Source: Halalkalibacterium halodurans (GTDB lineage: Bacteria; Bacillota; Bacilli; Bacillales; Bacillaceae_D). From it: a stretch of 18,756 nucleotides of DNA. Made by a program: the position numbers and the translations under genes. This document shows, piece by piece, positions 15,507-18,756 of this stretch; the first letter of the stretch is position 1; the number at the start of each line of letters is the position of its first letter. The stretch lies in NCBI RefSeq assembly GCF_004376175.1, contig NZ_SNUY01000043.1, forward strand, positions 1-18,756, given 5' to 3'. The notes beneath the pieces were generated by a model. It had not been told where the DNA came from. It saw only the letters and a list, made by a program, of their open reading frames with translations, and did no database searches.

Positions 15507-15550
15507 AACTCTAACAGCATACGGAACCGCTGTTAGAGTTTTTGTTTTTT
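15507..15550 (+). terminator. Intrinsic terminator after the nitroreductase gene
   Basis: Perfect 12-bp stem AACTCTAACAGC / GCTGTTAGAGTT with a 10-nt loop, followed by TTTGTTTTTT. Confidence 0.85.
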
Positions 15551-15630
15551 CACTTTATGTAAGTGGTGAGGGAAAACGAAAATGACGAGCTTCCTTGCCA
15601 TTAGAGCTGGTTTCATAATTTTTTAAAAGA

Positions 15631-15659
15631 TTGAGGGATTTTCGTCAAAGTCATAGAAT
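15631..15659 (+). promoter_or_regulatory. Candidate sigma-A promoter of the two-component operon (TTGAGG-17-TAGAAT)
   Basis: TTGAGG at 15631-15636, a 17-nt spacer, then TAGAAT at 15654-15659. It is followed by the imperfect dyad AATGAA..TTCATT (15657-15676). Confidence 0.4.
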
Positions 15660-15703
15660 GAAAGTATAGCTTCATTGTATAGAATAAAAGAAGGAGGAAA
15701 CGA

Positions 15704-16819
15704 ATGATTTCCTTTGTCCTAACATCAGGTTTTCTCGTCCTCCTATGGGCGCTTATCGTAATGAATGAACTTCCAATGGCAGAGGGCCGTGCGACGTTTC
15801 TTTTTGTCGTCGCTAGTTGGCTTGCCATCTATTTTCTCCGTCCACTCATCCAGATGCGGAGATTATGGCAGTTCGTGCTCGTCCTTTCATTTCTGATGAT
15901 TCATTTAGTCTTTCTCTCACCAGATTCATTTTATCCGTGGGGAATGTATTATTTTTTTATCCTCGATTTAGCGTGGGGCGACAAAAGGGTAAAACCCTCA
16001 CACAAATTTGAATATGTCGCCATTATTACGTTATCGCTCATTCCATACTTGTTTCATACGTATTCCTATCCAATGCTGTTCCATCTGATTGTCCTCACAG
16101 GGATGACGACCTTCGCTCTTTCGATGTCAAAGCTCAAAAAAACATATGACGAGCTAGAAAGCAAGTGGACTTCATTTTTGGTGGAATATCGAGCACTCAA
16201 ACGGCACGCTTATCAGTCGGAGCAAAATGCACGGGCAGAGGAAAGAACACGCATTGCCCGAGATATGCACGACTCTGTTGGCCATCAGTTAACGACGCTC
16301 ATGATGCAGCTTGAAATCACCGAACGGACGGCCACAGGAGAGATCAAATCGCTCGTCTCACAGGCAAAGCAAATGGCAAGAGAAAGCCTAAATGAAACAA
16401 GACAAGCTGTCCGCGCGCTGAGTCAAAAAACCTATGGAATGGCATCGGTGCTTCAGCTCATTCGTAAACTTGAAGCGGAGAGCCATGTTCGTGTTCAACT
16501 GACAACGAAAGAAGGGGTTTTATCTGCACCGTTGACGAATGACCAATATGTGACCGTGTACCGGTTTGTCCAAGAAGGTATTACGAATGCGATGCGCCAC
16601 GGGCATTCTCGGGAAGTGGCCATTACTCTTGAAGTCATTGGAGGGAACAGCTATCAGATGAGTGTTGAGAATCGCATTTATTCGTCGGCTCCATTTGAGA
16701 AAGGGTTTGGTTTGTCGAATCTCACAGATCGATTAGAAGCGTTGAACGGACGATTAGACGTCTTACAAACAGAGAACCTTTTTCGCACAACTGGGGTTTT
16801 TCCAATAAAGGAGGGATAG
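15704..16819 (+). CDS. Sensor histidine kinase, HisKA_3 / NarL-partner class, with a multi-TM membrane-embedded sensor domain
   Basis: H-box ERTRIARDMHDSVGHQL, N-box QEGITNAMRHG, and G-box GFGLSNLTDRL. The N-terminal ~145 aa comprise 5-6 hydrophobic segments joined by very short loops, with no HAMP or PAS domain. AAGGAGG ribosome-binding site. Confidence 0.88.
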   Translation: MISFVLTSGFLVLLWALIVMNELPMAEGRATFLFVVASWLAIYFLRPLIQMRRLWQFVLVLSFLMIHLVFLSPDSFYPWGMYYFFILDLAWGDKRVKPSHKFEYVAIITLSLIPYLFHTYSYPMLFHLIVLTGMTTFALSMSKLKKTYDELESKWTSFLVEYRALKRHAYQSEQNARAEERTRIARDMHDSVGHQLTTLMMQLEITERTATGEIKSLVSQAKQMARESLNETRQAVRALSQKTYGMASVLQLIRKLEAESHVRVQLTTKEGVLSAPLTNDQYVTVYRFVQEGITNAMRHGHSREVAITLEVIGGNSYQMSVENRIYSSAPFEKGFGLSNLTDRLEALNGRLDVLQTENLFRTTGVFPIKEG

Positions 16820-16820
16820 G

Positions 16821-17459
16821 ATGGCAAACTTACTACTTGCTGAAGATCAGCACCTCGTGAGACAGGGTCTGAAAATGATGATTGAACAAGATGAAACGTT
16901 ACATGTCATTGCTGAAGCTAGCAACGGCCAAGAAGCGGTGGAAGCCTATGAACGATATCTTATCGACCTTGTGCTCATGGATGTGCGAATGCCGGGTAAA
17001 ACCGGATTAGAGGCTACCAAAGAGATTCGCGCTCGTCATCCAGAAGCAAAGATTTTAATTCTTACGACCTTTGCTGATGATGAGTATGCATTGGAAGCAC
17101 TCAAATATGGGGCTTGCGGTTACTTGCTAAAAGATGCTGATGCGGATCGATTGATTCACTCGATTAAAAGTGCACTAAACGGCGGGATGAGCCTAGATGA
17201 TACGGTCGCAGCAAAAGTGTTACCGCGCCTTTTGCACCAGCAAACGGGTGAAGTAGAAGAAAGAACCGCGAGGCTAACGAAGCGAGAGCTAGCTGTCGTC
17301 AAACTAGTTGGGGAAGGGAAGAGCAATCAGGAAATTGCCGATGCCCTATTTTTAAGTGTCGGGACCGTGAAAAACTACATTAGCCAGGCCCTAGATAAAT
17401 TGGAGTTACGAGATCGAACCCAGTTAGCGATCTATGCTGTAAAACAACAATTATCTTAA
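16821..17459 (+). CDS. Response regulator, NarL/LuxR (DegU/LiaR/DesR-like) family
   Basis: Receiver domain with EDQ..., DLVLMDVRMPG (phospho-acceptor Asp) and ILTTF. C-terminal LuxR helix-turn-helix: LTKRELAVVKLVGEGKSNQEIADALFLSVGTVKNYIS. The start lies 1 nt after the kinase stop codon. Confidence 0.92.
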   Translation: MANLLLAEDQHLVRQGLKMMIEQDETLHVIAEASNGQEAVEAYERYLIDLVLMDVRMPGKTGLEATKEIRARHPEAKILILTTFADDEYALEALKYGACGYLLKDADADRLIHSIKSALNGGMSLDDTVAAKVLPRLLHQQTGEVEERTARLTKRELAVVKLVGEGKSNQEIADALFLSVGTVKNYISQALDKLELRDRTQLAIYAVKQQLS

Positions 17460-17491
17460 AAATAGACGAATACGATGAGCAAATTTTTTTC

Positions 17492-17520
17492 TTGAACATA
17501 GATATGGTATTATTTATAAG
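17492..17520 (+). promoter_or_regulatory. Candidate sigma-A promoter for the small membrane protein gene (TTGAAC-17-TATAAG)
   Basis: TTGAAC at 17492-17497, a 17-nt spacer, then TATAAG at 17515-17520. No terminator separates it from the regulator gene, so read-through is also possible. Confidence 0.35.
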
Positions 17521-17551
17521 AAATGGATGTCTGTTTTCAGGAGGGAATAGT

Positions 17552-17986
17552 ATGCTTTTAGGCGTTATCCCTGTACTAGCAATCCTACTTTTAGGGTTTA
17601 ATATCCATCTACTTGTCAAGGAAAGACGATACAAAAAAAGCTGGATCTCCTTTTCTATGCTTGGACTCAATGGCTTGTTGTTTGTAGCGTTCACTTTCTT
17701 TTTGCTCGTTTACATGGCTGGATTTGTGACGATTACGACCATTCCTCCTTTTGTTTATTGGTTTCTTATTATGCTCGGCTTCATAATCGAAGGGATGTCC
17801 CTTTATAAAAAATACGTCCCAGGACAAATGACAGCAGCAGCTATTCACTTATTTGTCGTGCTGCCGACAATCTTCTCGATCGGGATTGTCTTGCTTCTTG
17901 TGGCCATTATCGAACTCATTGTTGCGATGATGAACGGAACGGGAGGACATCCAGTTCCTCGAAATAAGCAGACAACTACTCCATAA
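17552..17986 (+). CDS. Hypothetical 4-TM membrane protein (144 aa)
   Basis: ATG 17552 is preceded by AGGAGGG with a 6-nt spacer. Four long hydrophobic segments are present. I recognise no family motif. The track start at 17492 is a TTG that coincides with the candidate -35. Confidence 0.6.
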   Translation: MLLGVIPVLAILLLGFNIHLLVKERRYKKSWISFSMLGLNGLLFVAFTFFLLVYMAGFVTITTIPPFVYWFLIMLGFIIEGMSLYKKYVPGQMTAAAIHLFVVLPTIFSIGIVLLLVAIIELIVAMMNGTGGHPVPRNKQTTTP

Positions 17987-18006
17987 CGCTCTAGGGACGA
18001 GTTTCC

Positions 18007-18555
18007 TTAGAGCGGTTTAATTGCGTCTACGATTAAGGAAGGGAAGACGATCTGCTCTCCTTGGTTACGTGGGTCAAATGTCTTTGAACGAAAAATTACA
18101 CCATCCTCTCCGTTCCAATCCTCACAAAGGAAAGCTCCGTTCTCGTCAAAGTATTCTAGCAACTTTACGGTGAATCCAGCTTCTTTGAACATGTTTGATA
18201 TCGTTTCATATGTATGAACGATTTTATGACTTGCAGCCGGATGGTCTTTCGGTCCAGGGCCACCAACTTGTACCACGGCTTGATACGTTTCATCTCGGAA
18301 AAAACCGTCGGGCACTGCACAGCGTATATATCCAGACGGCTTGAGAAAATCATAGCAAATGTTGGCTGCCTCGACTCCTTCTCTAAACGTGAGATGCTCC
18401 CAAACGTGCTCTGCTAAAATAGCTGAAATCGATTCGGGAGTAAAGCGTTTCTCCCACATGCTCTGGTCCGGCAAGCTTAGCTCCTCCTCTTGTGTATGAA
18501 TCCAACCAGGGTTATTGTTATAAGGTCCTGCACCAACGACAACTTTCAGATCCAA
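18007..18555 (-). CDS. Small class I SAM-dependent methyltransferase-like protein (COG4627-like)
   Basis: LKVVVGAGPYNNNPGWIHT (a degenerate GxGxG motif) and SAILAEHVWEHL plus FLKPSGYIRCAVPDG blocks resemble Methyltransf_11/23 proteins. TTG 18555 is preferred as the start because AGGTGG (18567-18562) lies 6 nt upstream. ATG 18570 has no Shine-Dalgarno sequence, so the start is uncertain. Confidence 0.6.
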   Translation of the reverse strand: MDLKVVVGAGPYNNNPGWIHTQEEELSLPDQSMWEKRFTPESISAILAEHVWEHLTFREGVEAANICYDFLKPSGYIRCAVPDGFFRDETYQAVVQVGGPGPKDHPAASHKIVHTYETISNMFKEAGFTVKLLEYFDENGAFLCEDWNGEDGVIFRSKTFDPRNQGEQIVFPSLIVDAIKPL

Positions 18556-18614
18556 TTGTGTCCACCTCATTAAGAATTCGAGAAGAGTGGTTACTTTACC
18601 TGCTCTTTCGTCCT

Positions 18615-18667
18615 AAGGGGCTGTATCAAAAGGTCATAAAAAATGACCTTTTGACAGCTCCTTTTTC
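18615..18667 (+). terminator. Strong plus-strand intrinsic-terminator-like hairpin with no obvious plus-strand gene upstream
   Basis: Arms GCTGTATCAAAAGGTCAT (18620-18637) and ATGACCTTTTGACAGC (18643-18658) form 16 bp with a 2-nt bulge and an AAAAA loop. They are followed by TCCTTTTTC. The stem can extend through AAGGG/TCCTT. Confidence 0.5.
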
Positions 18668-18681
18668 ATGCCAAACATACA

Positions 18682-18746
18682 AAAAAATCGCCTCTTTCGG
18701 TATAATGAAGTTACCACACCACATTAACGAAAGAAGGCGATTTTTT
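18682..18746. repeat. Long-range inverted repeat bracketing a TATAAT hexamer and overlapping a putative ribosome-binding site
   Basis: AAAAAATCGCCTCTTTCG (18682-18699) pairs with CGAAAGAAGGCGATTTTTT (18728-18746), with one extra base in the right arm. TATAAT at 18701-18706 lies in the 28-nt loop. An ATG at 18747 follows the right arm. Confidence 0.45.
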
Positions 18747-18756
18747 ATGAGTAACC

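Noticed and set aside
1-18756. Numerous 60-130-aa ORFs in the track that lie nested in or antisense to larger genes (for example 320-688, 3700-3996, 6137-6484, 8795-9100, 9880-10191, 14818-15204, 17380-17694)
   Set aside because: All are fully overlapped by longer ORFs with clear family motifs. They lack ribosome-binding sites and have low-complexity or biased compositions typical of antisense frames.
1-18756. Looked for CRISPR repeats, tRNA/rRNA genes, riboswitch or T-box leaders, toxin-antitoxin pairs, restriction-modification genes, and other defence or secondary-metabolite genes
   Set aside because: No periodic direct repeats, cloverleaf-capable segments or long structured 5' leaders were seen, and all sizeable ORFs have ordinary housekeeping, transport or regulatory assignments. 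The small methyltransferase-like gene has no nuclease or specificity partner and looks like a small-molecule or protein methyltransferase rather than a DNA methyltransferase.

Overview
This window looks like an ordinary chromosomal segment from an endospore-forming Bacillaceae. That assignment is an inference from yunB, strong GGAGG-type ribosome-binding sites, a Bacillus-type Fur box, and a very acidic secreted lipoprotein that hints at an alkaliphile or halophile. From left to right: the 3' part of an IS1182-family insertion sequence (cut by the window edge); a DUF457 membrane hydrolase; a ferritin-like di-iron protein with a Pro/Tyr/Gln-rich N-terminus; a class III aminotransferase; and yunB. 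Next comes a Fur-controlled ferric-siderophore uptake operon: a lipoprotein binding protein, a fused double permease, an ATPase and a translationally coupled FhuF-like reductase. It is followed by a GNAT-sfsA-GNAT cluster in which the second GNAT gene is split by a 139-bp structured insertion flanked by a 7-bp direct repeat. The rest comprises a DUF418 membrane protein, a carbon-nitrogen hydrolase coupled to an NfsA/NfrA-type nitroreductase, a NarL-type two-component system with a small 4-TM protein, and a small SAM-methyltransferase-like gene. I found no tRNA, rRNA, CRISPR array, prophage, toxin-antitoxin pair or recognisable defence genes. I cannot support a claim that a novel multi-gene system is present. 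The most unusual object is the small structured mobile-element-like insertion at 12137-12275. The other observations are regulatory and architectural curiosities of modest interest. Several ORF-track starts were re-assigned on the basis of Shine-Dalgarno spacing.
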